From Macrostomum lignano (lineage: Eukaryota): DNA of 64,000 nt. Each line of letters begins with the position of its first letter. Within the stretch, counting starts at the first letter, position 1. The translations under genes were made by a program, and so were the position numbers. A model generated the notes under the pieces. That model had not been told where the DNA came from. It searched no databases and saw only the letters and a program-made list of their open reading frames with translations. The stretch is taken from assembly GCA_002269645.1 (NCBI GenBank), contig NIVC01003142.1:9051-73050 (forward strand). The letters run 5' to 3'. This document shows, piece by piece, positions 25,030-36,946 of the stretch.

Positions 25030-27220
25030 TATAAGTCAGACAAGGCCAAGGCTAACATCATTGCGAAAGTGTACACCAAAGTCAGTGCCAACAGTTAGGG
25101 CCAAGCACAGATGGGCATGCAGAGAAATCAATGCCCACCTCTGGCATTGTGCCATGACCTCCACTACTGCAGACTGCCAAGCACTGACCTTGGACAAGTT
25201 GCAAGCAGCGTTGCAAACCATGGACACCAACAGGGACACTAGCATGGACAACATCCACCCAAAGCTGCTGAAGGCGCTACCCCAAGAGGCACTTCAAGAG
25301 GTCCTGAAGCTGTTCAATTGGCTGTATGACTATGGCTTTGCTCCATAGAACTGGCGCATGGCCTGCATCATTCTGTTGCTAAAAATGATAAACCAGCCAA
25401 GGATATCAGTTGCTGCTGCTGTTTATCATCTTTATAGACAACTGCTAAGACAGTTGGACTCTATCCCAGACCTGCAGGTTAGCGGCTACGCCAACAATCT
25501 GGCCACCTGGACTAGCAACATAGGACCCACTGCAGCGACTGCTATGCAGTAGGCGGTGGTTGACGTTTTACAGTCATGGAATGAGATCTGGCTGCTGCCT
25601 GTGGCCACAGACAAGTGTTTGCTTACCCTGTTCTCTAGTGATCCTGCGTTGACCCCACAACCAATGCAGTGGATTGAGCAGCCCAAATTCCTTGGGCTTA
25701 TATTTGACAGGCAACTGAAGTTCACGGTGCATATGGACAATGTGATATCCATCTGTTGGAACTGCCTCAATCTGCTATAATGCCTCACAGGCAGCTCTAG
25801 GGGCTGGCATGCTGAGCTGGTACGCAGCACTTACATCTCCCTCATCTGCAACAAAATGCTCTATAGGTCTTGTGCTTGGATGCTGTGGCTCACTTACACT
25901 GTCTGGCGGAAACTGGAGGTGGTGCAGCATAGCGCAGAGTGATCATTACTGGAGCAGTTGCTACCACCCCCATTGAGACCCTCTGCTGCGACAATAGGCT
26001 GCTCTTGGTCCAACAACAGTGTGAGATACTTTGGAGCACCAAGCTTGACCAGTAACTTAGGCTAAAGGCCAGCTTGCCTAGACCCTGTCTCACTAGCCAG
26101 CCAACCAGACAAAGGCTGAAGCAGCAAGTCTAGAGCCCAGGCCTAGAGAGGCCTTACTAGTGCTGACCTGGCTGAAGTGGCTTGGCTTGTTAGATGCAGC
26201 GGACCTCCCTCCCTGGCAGAATTGGAGAAACTACGTCACTTTCACCATATCAACCAACAAAGCTAGGCAAGTGACATGCGCTAGAAACCTTGAGATGGCG
26301 CAAGCAAAGCTCACTCAGGCATGCCCCAACCCCGACATCACCATCTTCATGGATGGGTGACAGGTCAGTGCAGAAGGAGGGAGGAGGCGGTGGAGCCATT
26401 CTATCATTTACCAAAAAGGGCACTAGTTAGATGGGCAAACCAGCAACCAGACCAGTCTTCAGGGGGGGGGGGCAGCCGGTCTCCTTGCTGCAAGCAGAAC
26501 TCATGGCCCTGGAACTCGTGCTAGCTTGGCTCAGTGAGCAACGGGACTGGAACACTGCACTGGTGGCCTTGGACAACAAGAGTGGCCTTTTAGCAGTGCT
26601 GAGGGTACAACCCACTTGAAATCAAGATCTGCAAACTGCTTGACAAGATCAGTCTTTCCGGATGGAAGATTGTGCTCTGCTGGATGCTGGCCCACTGCAG
26701 GTTAGAAGGCAACCAGGCTATGGACAGAATAGCCAAAGTGATAATACTGCCCTAGGAGGCGGGATTCCTGGCCAGTGTGGTCTGCCGATGGCTAGCAGCT
26801 GACACTAAGACCAAGAGCAAAAATAGCAAGCACTGGACCCACAGCAGGATGGTAGGCACATATGGCAGCCTTGGTATGGCGAGACACCTAGACTACAAGG
26901 ATAGGGCAGAAGCAGTCAGCTTTATGCATTTTTGCACTGGCCACTTGCTAAAGCTAGGGGCCTACTGTCGCAGGATAGGATAGACCACTGATGCAACCTG
27001 CCTAGCATGTGGGACTGAGGACAAAACAGTTAAGCATTTGAGCTGCTATTGCCTAGCCACAGAGCTCAGGAGAAGTCTAGATGGGCCCACCAAGCTGCAA
27101 CACCTCAACGAGCACCCAGAGGCAGCGCTCAGGTACTGGGCCTAGTACCGCACATGGTGGAACCAACTGAGCAGTAGCAAAGGATGTTGCACTTTAGCTA
27201 TAACAATAATAACAACAACA
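25030..27220 (+). mobile_element. Decayed non-LTR retrotransposon with RT, RNase H and a C-terminal CCHC (I-group-like LINE)
   Basis: Fragments DNIHPKLLKALP...LKLFN...WRMACIILLLK (pre-RT), YANN at 25487 (decayed YADD), KFLGLIFDRQLKF, RNase H motifs IFMDG / ELMAL / ALDNKS / AHCRLEGNQAMDRIAK, CLACGTEDKTVKHLSCYC, and an (AAC)n tail at about 27200. Many stops. Confidence 0.8.
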
Positions 27221-28775
27221 ACAGCAGCAGCAGTACCAATAGCACCAGTAGCAAGAACAGCAACAGCAGCACTAGCGGCACTAGCAGCAAGAACAGCACC
27301 AGCAGCAATAGCAGCACTAGCAGCACTAGCAGCAAGAACAGCAATAGCAGCAAGAACAGCAATAGCTGCACCAGCAGCAAGAACAGCAATAGCAGCACCA
27401 GCAGCAAGAATAGCAATAGCAGCACCAGCAGCAAGAACAGCAACAGCAGCACCAGTAGCAAGAACAGCAACAGCAGCACCAGTAGCAAGAACAGCAACAG
27501 CAGCACTAGCAGCACCAGCAGCAAGAACAGCAATAGCAGCACCAGCAGCAAGAATAGCAACAGCAGCACTAGCAGCACCAGCAGCAAGAACAACAACAGC
27601 AGCACCAGCAGCAAGAACAGCAACAGCAGCACCAGTAGGAAGAACAGCAACAGCAGCACCAGTAGCAAGAACAGCAATAGCAGCACTAGCAGCACTAGCA
27701 GCAAGAACAGCAATAGCAGCAAGAACAGCAATAGCTGCACCAGCAGCAAGAACAGCAATAGCAGCACCAGCAGCAAGAATAGCAATAGCAGCACCAGTAG
27801 GAAGAACAGCAACAGCAGCACCAGTAGCAAGAACAGCAACAGCAGCACCAGTAGCAAGAACAGCAACAGCAGCACTAGCAGCACCAGCAGCAAGAACAGC
27901 AATAGCAGCACCAGCAGCAATAATAGCAACAGCAGCACTAGCAGCACCAGCAGCAAGAACAGCAACAGCAGCACCAGCAGCAAGAACAGCAACAGCAGCA
28001 CCAGTAGGAAGAACAGCAACAGCAGCACCAGTAGCAAGAACAGCAACAGCAGCACTAGCAGCACCAGCAGCAAGAACAGCACTAGCAGCATCAGCAGCAA
28101 GAACAGCAATAGCAGCACCAGTAGCAAGAACAGCAACAGCAGCACCAGTAGCAAGAACAGCAACAGCAGCACTAGTAGCACCAGCAGCAAGAACAGCAAT
28201 AGCAGCACCAGAAGCAAGAATAGCAACAGCAGCACTAGCAGCACCAGCAGCAAGAATAGCAACAGCAGCACTAGCAGCACCAGCAGCAAGAACAGCAACA
28301 GCAGCAAGAACAGCAACAGCAGCACTACTATTGGAGGCAGAAGGTGGGCTTGGACCCGGCTGGAAATTGCTCTTTTTGCAACGAATAAGAATTGAAAGAC
28401 TACTGGATGACGTGTAGTAGATGGGACTCTATCAGGATTTGGTGTGGAGTGGAAGGAATAAGATCGCTTCAAGACGAGCCCAAGGTTTTAAAATTCCTTC
28501 AGCTGGCCCACCCACGGTGGCTCAGCTGAATGGTTTCCTGGCCGAAGACACACACACAGCAGCACTAGCAGCACCAGCAGCAAGAACAGCAATAGCAGCA
28601 CCAGTAGCAAGAACAGCAACAGCAGCACCAGTAGCAAGAACAGCAACAGCAGCACCAGTAGCAAGAATAGCAACAGCAGCACTAGCAGCACCAGCAGCAA
28701 GAACAGCAATAGCAGCACCAGCAGCAAGAATAGCAATAGCAGCACCAGCAGCAAGAACAGCAACAACAACAGCAG
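27200..28775. repeat. Complex AGC/AAC-based satellite (27200-28330 and 28555-28775) continuing from the LINE tail
   Basis: Tandem AGCAGCACCAGCAGCAAGAACAGCAAC-type units. It explains the S/N-rich and poly-L ORFs. Confidence 0.92.
28331..28556 (+). mobile_element. 5'-truncated 3' end of a second LINE inserted in the satellite
   Basis: Translates as a C-terminal zinc-knuckle-like segment (GNCSFCNE...CSRWDSIR), ends in an (AC)n tail, and is flanked by CAGCAGCACTA on both sides. Confidence 0.45.
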
Positions 28776-29658
28776 CAAAAGATTGCCTTAGACTAACAGC
28801 AGGATGATGCGCTGATGGAGAGCTCCATTAATAAGGATGTTTGACTATAATTTTTCCTTAGCAGGTCTAGCCTACAGTGTTTACTCTTATTCCCAGAGCT
28901 TCTAAGGAGAAAGACATCCTAATACACTCCAGTGGCTATAGCCAATAGTTCCACCATGGAGCCAGAACATACTGGAGGTACATAGTCAGAAATGCGCATA
29001 CTAAATGTACTGCCTCAGCTAATTGAGGCAAATGGCATATACATTAATGGTAAGAATGAGCATACTTCCCTAGAAGACATTTTATTTCTCAAACTTAGCA
29101 GATCTTGCCTGCCATGCCATTTTTAGCAAATCTTTTCAATCTATTTGGTTCTTGCAAGATCTTTTACAAATGGAGGTACATTTATTTTGTTATTAGTTTG
29201 GCTAAAGTGTTTTAGATGAATTATATTTTATTTTATGACAAAACAGGACTATAAACTTAGGAAAATGCAATTTGAAGCATTTCATAAGATATTAGAAATC
29301 TGCTTCATCTTGCAAGATATGTGCAAACTAAAAAGTCAAACATTTTTTGAAAAGTTTTGTTCCTAAATAATCTTGTTTAAATAATTGAATTTGCATTGAA
29401 ATTGCACTTATCTAATAGTTTTTGTTAGTGCTATAAACTTAAGACTTAAAACATTGTTTATTTAATTAAAAATGGGACATTTTGATTAAAAAATTTGCAT
29501 TGCTATTTGTTAAAAATTGAATAATTTAGCTACTTTCCAATTTCTTGGTCTATTTTGATTAGTAGTTGTGATTGATAATACCAATTTATCTGACAATTAT
29601 TATACAGCTTATATAAAGTATCAATTAGATATGTCAATTAGGTCAAAAAGATCCAAAG

Positions 29659-29972
29659 TGTGACATTGTGGCGATATGCTAGTGTATTTTTATTATTGCA
29701 ATATTATGCTTTGTGCATTCTTAGTTAGTTAGTATTTGCGTGCGCGCTGATTGGCTAGTGTGTTTCAGTGCATGTGCACTGCGTCGGGTTGTTTGCGTTT
29801 TACGCGTGGCTAGCATGGTGGGGTCTGAGCAGTCAGGCTAACCACCCTCTTTAGTCCTAGGGTTGATGAATAAGAATAAACAAGTCATATAAGAGCCCAG
29901 TTGTGTGTACTGGCTCTCCACGTTCAACTTTCCTACGCATTCACTACAAGCCTTTAGCTTCAATATATTACA
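29659..29972 (+). repeat. 5' LTR of the Gypsy element
   Basis: TGTGACATT...TATTACA, matching the 3' LTR. Confidence 0.95.
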
Positions 29973-29973
29973 A

Positions 29974-30026
29974 TGGCGACGAGGATGGGATACGAACCCA
30001 CGCGGGGAAACCCCAATGGATTAGCA
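29974..30026 (+). other. Primer-binding site extended to a 53-nt antisense copy of tRNA-Ser(GCU), positions 76 to 33
   Basis: Reverse complement TGCTAATCCATTGGGGTTTCCCCGCGTGGGTTCGTATCCCATCCTCGTCGCCA contains anticodon GCT, a long variable arm, the T-arm, the acceptor 3' strand and CCA. Confidence 0.9.
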
Positions 30027-30030
30027 TACC

Positions 30031-31386
30031 GTGTTGAGAAACTTGTGTCTACCTGCCAAGGTCTCCGACAAGTCTCTGGCCCAGTTGACCAAGATTCTGG
30101 AGGACCACTACGCTCCAAAGCCGTCCGAGTTGGCAGCCAGATTTCGGTTCCAAAGACGCCTGCAGCAGCCTGGCGAGAGCCTTGCCAAGTTCGTTGCCAG
30201 CCTGAAGGCCTTGTCAAGTCACTGCAATTTCAGTGCTTCCCCGTGTGAGCACTGTCACTTCGGCGGCACTCTAGATGAGCGACTGCGAGACCAGCTGGTT
30301 TTCGGCCTGCACAGCGATGCCTACCGAGCGAAGCTGCTGGAGGAGAAAAATCCCACCTTCAACTCGCTGCAGGAGAGAGTTCTATCCCTCGAGGCAGTGG
30401 AGCGGTCATCATCGGAGATGGCGCAGAAGTCAGCAGCACAAGTAGCCCAGCTGCGCGCTCACCAGCTGAATAAGCGCCAAGGACCCAAGCCAGCGCTCGA
30501 AGGTTCGCAGCAGCGCAAGGGCGGTGGCAACAACAGCAGAAGCGGAGTCGGCAGCAGCGGCAACACCGGCAGTGGCACCTGTGCAAGCTGCAGCGGTGCT
30601 CACAGTCGCCAGCAGTGTAAGCTGCGAGACGCTAAATGCCACGCGTGCGGAAAGACGGGCAATATTCGCAAGGTCTGTCGCTCAGCCAAGCTGCATTTTC
30701 TACAAGAAGCGACACCGACACCACCACCGGAAGCCTCCGCGCAGCTGCCGATTTTTGCCGTGCAGCCGGCTGGTGGCAATGCGGGTCCGACGGTGCAGCT
30801 GCAAGTCAATGGCCAGCCATGCCGGTTTGTCATCGATACGGGCTCCGCCGTCACTCTGATGCCCGAGTTTCTGCAGCTCATGCTTCTACCGCGGCTCTCC
30901 ATGTCACCGTCCGTTGCTGTCCTACGCACCTTCACCGACGAGCAGTTCCGCCCTCTCGGCCAAGCGTTGGTCTCCGTTCAGCAAGATGGTCAGCAGCTGC
31001 AGTTGCCCCTGCTGATCATCAAGCACGGCGACACGGCCCTGCTCGGTCGCGACTGGCTGGCCAAGCTGCGGCTAGACTGGCCGAGCATCATGGCGCAGGT
31101 TCACGCCGTCCACGACTCCGAAGACATCGGCAGCATCGTCAAGGAGTTCGCACCAGTCTTCGAGGACGGCCTAGGCGAGTTCCGGCACGGCCAGGTGCGG
31201 CTTCAAGTCTCCGAGGACGCTCAGCCCAGGTTCTTCAAGGCGCGGCCGGTCCCCTACGCGCTGCGCGAGCGCGTCGACGCCGAACTGCAGCGCATGGAGT
31301 CCAGTGGCATCATAACCGCCGTGAAGCACAGCGACTGGGCTGCGCCGATCGTGCCGGTTCGGCACGATCCGGCACGAACAAGCTGA
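30031..31386 (+). CDS. gag: Gypsy gag (N-terminally truncated), protease and RT N-terminus
   Basis: LRNL...LEDHYAP...ARFRF capsid region, two zinc knuckles (the second has H>N), protease FVIDTGS, RT start FFKARPVPYA...WAAPIVPV. In-frame TAG at 30022 just upstream. Confidence 0.9.
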   Translation: MLRNLCLPAKVSDKSLAQLTKILEDHYAPKPSELAARFRFQRRLQQPGESLAKFVASLKALSSHCNFSASPCEHCHFGGTLDERLRDQLVFGLHSDAYRAKLLEEKNPTFNSLQERVLSLEAVERSSSEMAQKSAAQVAQLRAHQLNKRQGPKPALEGSQQRKGGGNNSRSGVGSSGNTGSGTCASCSGAHSRQQCKLRDAKCHACGKTGNIRKVCRSAKLHFLQEATPTPPPEASAQLPIFAVQPAGGNAGPTVQLQVNGQPCRFVIDTGSAVTLMPEFLQLMLLPRLSMSPSVAVLRTFTDEQFRPLGQALVSVQQDGQQLQLPLLIIKHGDTALLGRDWLAKLRLDWPSIMAQVHAVHDSEDIGSIVKEFAPVFEDGLGEFRHGQVRLQVSEDAQPRFFKARPVPYALRERVDAELQRMESSGIITAVKHSDWAAPIVPVRHDPARTS

Positions 31387-33848
31387 CATACAACGCGGCG
31401 AGCAAGCCGGAGCACTACCCGCTGCCCCGCATCGAGGACCTCTTCGCCAAGCTCGGCGGCGGCTGCAAGTGGACCAAGCTCGATCTGTCCAACGCCTTCT
31501 TGCAGCTTCCTCTGGCCGACGACAGCAAGGCGTTTCTCACTATCAACACGCCCAGAGGCCTCTTCCAGGTCAATCGCCTCCCATTCGGCATAACGAGCGC
31601 CAGCGCGATCTTTCAACGCACCCTGGACACCCTGCTGGGAGACCTGGATGCCGTCCAAGTCTTCGTCGACGACATTCTGGTCACCGGCAGCACCCTGCAA
31701 CAGCACAAGAGGAACCTGGCGCTGGTCCTGCGGCGCTTGAAGGACGCCGGCCTGCGGCTCAACAAAGAGAAATGCAAATTCTTCGAAGACTCTGTTGAGT
31801 ACCTCGGCCATCGGATCGACGCCAGCGGACTCAAGCCGCTGCCGGACCGGGTCGCCGCCGTCCAGGACGCGCCAGCACCCAAGGACGTCAGCCAGCTGCG
31901 CTCGTTTCTGGGCATGCTAGCGCAGTACTGCAAGTTCCTGCCCAACTTGTCTACCGTCCTGGCGCCGCTCCACCAGCTCTTGGCCAAGAACACCCGCTGG
32001 TCATGGGGGCCACCGCAGCAACAGGCATTTGCAGAGGCCAAGCGGCTGCTGCTCGAGTCACCGGTTCTCGTGCACTACAATCCGAATCTGCCGCTGCGAT
32101 TAGAGTGTGACGCCTCTCCCTACGGCCTGGGGGTCGTCTTGACGCACCGCATCGACGACAAGGACTGCGCGGTCGCCTTCGCTAGCCGCAGCCTAACAGC
32201 AGCGCAGCGCGGCTACTCCCAGCTGGACAAGGAGGCGCTGGCCATCATGTTTGGTCTGCACCGGTTTCACCAGTTCCTCTATGGCCGGCGGTTCACCATC
32301 GTCACCGACCATCTGCCGCTGCTGGGTCTGCTGGGCGAGCGCAAGGGCATTCCGGCACACGCGGCCGCCCGGATGCAGCGCTGGGCCATTCGGCTGTCGA
32401 GCTACGACTACACGCTGGAGTTCCGGCCGACCGAAAAGCATGCCAACTGCGACTCGCTCTCGCGGCTGCCGCTGCCGCACCTGTTCGAGGAGGAGCCGGC
32501 CGTCAACTCGCTGCTGCTCGACGAGGGCTCCGGATCGGCCATCACGGCGCTGGCGGTGGCGCGGCACACTAGGACAGACGTCTCACTCGGTCGGGTGCTT
32601 CGCTGCTTGCAGACCGGCGCGCCCATCGGCGACGACCTGAGCGACTTCGCCCGGCGGCAGTCGGAGCTGTCAGTCGACCAAGACTGTGTCCTGTGGGGCG
32701 CAAGGGTCGTTGTGCCTACAGCGCTGCGTCGACGCGTGATCCAAGAGCTACATCAGGCGCATCCCGGCATCAGCAGAATGCGCGCCCTGGCTCGCAGCTA
32801 CGTGTGGTGGCCCGGCCTCGACGGCGATCTGGAAGCTGCGGCCAAGTCCTGCCGCACCTGTCAGCTCAACCAGCCCGACCCGCCCAAGGCGCCGGTGCAA
32901 CCGTGGCCTCTGCCATCCGAACCGTGGGAGCGCCTGCACATCGACTTTGCTGGTCCGGTCGACGGTCATACGTACCTGGTGGTAGTCGATGCTCATAGCA
33001 AGTGGCCGGAGGTCCAGCGGATGCGCGGTACAACGTCGGCGGCCACCATCGCGGCTCTGCGGGAGATGTTCGCGCGCCAAGGCATTCCGCGCACCCTGGT
33101 GTCCGACAACGGGCCGCAGTTCGCCTCCGCCGAGTTCGCCGAGTTTACCCGGGCCAACGGCATTCGTCACGTGTTCTCGGCGCCGTTTCATCCCGCCACC
33201 AACGGCCAGGCCGAGAGGTTTGTGCAAGTCCTGAAGCGACATCTGCTCAAGAGCGGCCACTCTGACGTCGAGCTTCAGCGACTGCTGCTCAGCTACCGCA
33301 ACACCCCACACAGCATCAGCGGCGCAGCCCCGAGTCAGCTGCTCATCGGCCGTCGGCTTCGCTGCCGTCTGGACCTCCTGGCACCGTCGCTGGCTGACGA
33401 CGTCCAACGGCGGCAAGAGCGGCAGCTGCAGGGACGCAGACCAGCGCGCGAGTTTCAGCCGGGTGATCACGTCCTCCTCCGCGACTACAGCGCCGGCGCG
33501 AGAGCCGGCGACACGCCACGCTGGGCTGAGGGTGTCGTCACGGGCGCCGGCAGCCGCAACTACACGGTTGACTCGGAGCGAGGCCAGCACTTCCGGCACG
33601 CTGATCAGCTGGTGGCAGCCCGCGCTGACTCCGCCGACACCGTCCATCCGCCGCCTGCTACGGATGACGGCGCCGCCCCGAGTGACAGCGGCGTGCAAAG
33701 CGCTGACGCCGCAGCCGTCGCCGACACGGCCTGCGGGGCGTCATCCGGCACTGACGACGAGCATGCGAGCGGCGTGCGACACGAGCCGGGCACTACACGG
33801 CGGTACCCACTGAGGGTTCGAGGCCCACCTCAGAGACTTCAGCTGTGA
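31378..33848 (+). CDS. pol: Gypsy pol remainder (RT, RNase H, integrase), out of frame with the upstream part
   Basis: YPLPRIEDLF, KLDLSNAFLQ, VFVDDILV, RNase H CDASPYGLG and YSQLDKEALA, integrase HxxHPG...CxxC, HIDFAGP, SDNGPQF, NGQAERFV. Frameshift at about 31360-31380. Confidence 0.93.
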
Positions 33849-33874
33849 AGGGGAGAACTGACTCAGGGGGGAAG

Positions 33875-34188
33875 TGTGACATTGTGGCGATATGCTAGTG
33901 TATTTTTATTATTGCAATATTATGCTTTGTGCATTCTTAGTTAGTTAGTATTTGCGTGCGCGCTGATTGGCTAGTGTGTTTCAGTGCATGTGCACTGCGT
34001 CGGGTTGTTTGCGTTTTACGCGTGGCTAGCATGGTGGGGTCTGAGCAGTCAGGCTAACCACCCTCTTTAGTCCTAGGGTTGATGAATAAGAATAAACAAG
34101 TCATATAAGAGCCCAGTTGTGTGTACTGGCTCTCCACGTTCAACTTTCCTACGCATTCACTACAAGCCTTTAGCTTCAATATATTACA
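33875..34188 (+). repeat. 3' LTR of the Gypsy element
   Basis: Follows the PPT CAGGGGGGAAG and is followed by the TSD CAAAG. Confidence 0.95.
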
Positions 34189-35160
34189 CAAAGAAAAAAA
34201 ATTGAACTCAAGAAACTCTAAACATCTTTTTAATTCTTTGGTTTAGCAGTACCAAAAGTTAGTGGAGTGCTTTCTCTAGGCTCCTATTAGTAACTCTATT
34301 CCCTAAGGTAAGGAATAAAGATTTTTCTTTAATAAGTGTTTACTTTGTACATTTTTATGTCAGCACTGTGCTAATATTAGTGATTTTTACCAAATTGTTC
34401 AACTTTGATTTTTGAACTTCATTATTTTAACTAGACTCTTTTTGCCTAGGCCTAGCTATAGTTTATAACTAGACCAAGCTAACTTGCTAAAAAAATCAGG
34501 TGAATAAAAAGTGGGAGTATAGTCCACTTTAGCAAACTCCTATTTGAGAGAATAGGGGCATTGAGACAATAATAAATCAATATATTGAAAGGCCCTAGTC
34601 TACAAATTTGTAAGTCAAGCTTTTAATAGCCTAGCTAGTTAGTTATATCTATTGTAAATTTCAATTGTAAATATGATTATTTAATACAATCAGTTATAGT
34701 ATGGATATATTGTCCTTTAAAGTTTTTTAGCCTTTTAAAGTTAATGACTTCCTTATTTATCTTTATTTTGGCTTGCTATTGGAATAAATGTTGAAAACAC
34801 ATGGACAAATACTTTAGCCTAGCTAAATTGCCTATCAAATTACTTTATATATTATGCATATTATATTAGGATGCTAATAAATTATATTGAGATATGATTT
34901 TTACAATTGAGCCAATTTTTTAGAACTATAATCTATCTTTTTTATATAAATTACAATCCAAAATAGACACTGTATTAGAGCTAACTAACTAAAAATATTT
35001 CTACTTGCCTTTTCAGTTTACTAATTTTGAGAAGTTGAAGTGGTCAAAGGTGAGCTGGCTGTTTATTTTTTACCAGTTTTAATATTTCTATAGTATTGGT
35101 TTAGTAGAGTTTTTTATAACATTTCTATTCTACCTTTAATTAAGGTGAGAAACAAATTAA

Positions 35161-35830
35161 TCTCTACATATAAAAATCAAAACTCTGTGTGTCTGTGGAC
35201 AATTTTGTTCGCTATGGACTCCTAAACCGCTCAACCAAATGACACCAAACTTTACACCCACCCTAAACTTACTACGGAGAATGTCTTAGGCTACCTTTTA
35301 ATTTCCTAGACTCAAGTCTTCCTACCTAAAAGTGCAAAAAACTGCTCAAAATGCGCAATTTTTTCACTAAATCCTCCATAGCGCCGCTCCACTTCTACCG
35401 ATTCTCTTCAAATTTGACACAGATAATCTTAAACTATTTTGGCACAATCATGTAAAATTTCGAGTCTCAAAGTTAATCCTGAGCGGTGCTGTGCACTTTT
35501 AAAATTAGGCTGTTTTTTTCAGCATAGCAACCACCCCAACCTCCACCCGCCTACCTCTCTTTCCCGATCTGGGCAAAGGGTGCAAATAGGTTTTTAAACG
35601 ACTAACTTTGGGCTGCCATAAGTTTGCTTCACGTGAAGCGATTAACTTCAAATTTGACACAATTCTTCATTAACTTATTCTCTGTCTAAATGTAAAGTCT
35701 CAACTCTGTATCTCAATCAGGACAGAAACTGTAAGCATGTGAAGTTTGTCTGCTTTTTCTGTTGTTTGTGCCACTCACTCACTCATTCCCCCAAAGCCAG
35801 ACGAAGGGTCAGGCGATAGGACTGAATGTA
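35161..35830 (+). mobile_element. Possible non-autonomous Helitron-like element
   Basis: Starts A|TC...CTGTGTGTCTGT...AAACCGCTCAACCAAATGACACCAAACTTT, a motif pattern common in non-autonomous Helitron families. The 3' CTAG end was not identified. A similar motif occurs at about 63480-63570. Confidence 0.35.
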
Positions 35831-36329
35831 CATAGCAAATGTACAGTGTTTTGGAATAACTTTATTTATAGCCTTCTCTGTACCCTGAGAGTGGAGAGGC
35901 TACGTTTAGCCATAACAGTTTAGTGAGAAATTCTAACCACTGCCCTCCCCTCTGTATTGGCAAACTCTGCAGCAGTTTAACAGTGGATGGCAATTGGCAA
36001 ATCAAAAAAAATCTAGCATGGTTTGTAAAAGCGAAAGATTTATGAAAAGGCGATGCGATGCAATGCAATACAACCCTACTAAATTAGGCACACCATGGAA
36101 ATTTTAGGTTTCTTTTAAAGGTACTGTGTAAATTTTAAATGTCCTCCTAAGAAATGTGCATTTCCTTGGTTGTTAGACTGATGCAGACTGCAGTGGAGCT
36201 GAAGATACACAAATTCCTTTCAGGGCTGCAAATTGGCAAGAAAGATGACGTGATCAAAGCATGGAACAACCATGTGAGTGGCCAGATAAAGAATCCAGCT
36301 CATGGCTGAGGGGCAGATTAGAGTGGAAA

Positions 36330-36915
36330 GAAGAAGGAATAGACGATTCGAAGAGAGGAGAAGTGAAAGAGGGGATAAAAGAAAATATAAAAGATAATAG
36401 AAGAGATGAGGGGTGAGGACGATGAGAGAGAGGGGGAGAAGAGGGGAGAGAGGAAAAGCAAGAGGAGAGCAGAGAGTAAAGGGAAGAGAGAAGAGATAAA
36501 GATACATCTCTACATCTCTAAGGTTGTAGAGATGAGAAAGGTGGAAGGAGAGATGAGAAATGAGAGATGAGAGATAAAGGAGAGAGGAGAGTGGAGAGAG
36601 AGAAGAGAGGGAGAGAGAGTATAGAAAATGGAAAAGAAGAGAAAAAGTAAAGAGAAAGGAAAGTGAGGAGTCAAAAGAGGGGAAAGAAAAGAGTATAGAG
36701 GAGAGAGGTGAGAGAACATATAAGACAGAGATGCCAGATTAAAGAGGGGGATAAGAGAGCAGAGACGAGAGTGAACAGATGGAAGATGGGAGAGTAGAGA
36801 GAACAGAGGAGAGATAAGAGATTACAGAGACGAGAGGAGAGAGGAGAGACAAATGTAGAGAATTGAGTGAGGAGAGAGAGGAGAGGAAAGAGAGAGAGAA
36901 AAGAGATAAGAGATA

Positions 36916-36946
<31 letters not shown>

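Larger units (their letters stand above)
29659..34188 (+). mobile_element. Full-length Ty3/Gypsy LTR retrotransposon (Mag-like), recent but defective
   Basis: Apparently identical 314-bp TG...CA LTRs (29659-29972 and 33875-34188), 5-bp TSD CAAAG on both sides, tRNA-Ser PBS at 29974, polypurine tract at 33864-33874, and gag-PR-RT-RH-IN order. Confidence 0.97.

Noticed and set aside
27184-28472. 403-aa Ser/Asn-rich ORF and antisense poly-Leu ORF
   Set aside because: They come from the satellite that extends from the LINE tail, and have no unique coding content.
29974-30026. Functional tRNA-Ser gene on the minus strand
   Set aside because: It lacks the D-arm, A box and 5' acceptor strand, and it includes CCA, which indicates a reverse-transcribed copy of mature tRNA.
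29973-30248. 91-aa ORF starting at the ATG that overlaps the PBS
   Set aside because: It is out of frame with gag after the tRNA-derived segment and has no recognisable motif, so it is a by-product of the rearrangement.
31350-31390. Programmed ribosomal frameshift between gag and pol
   Set aside because: The shift is inside RT, destroys a conserved motif, and has no slippery heptamer. It is a lesion or an assembly error.
35010-35055. 33-nt exon-like segment (TTTCAG...AAAG|GTGAG) on the + strand
   Set aside because: No partner exons or gene could be linked to it, and it lies in decayed repeat DNA.
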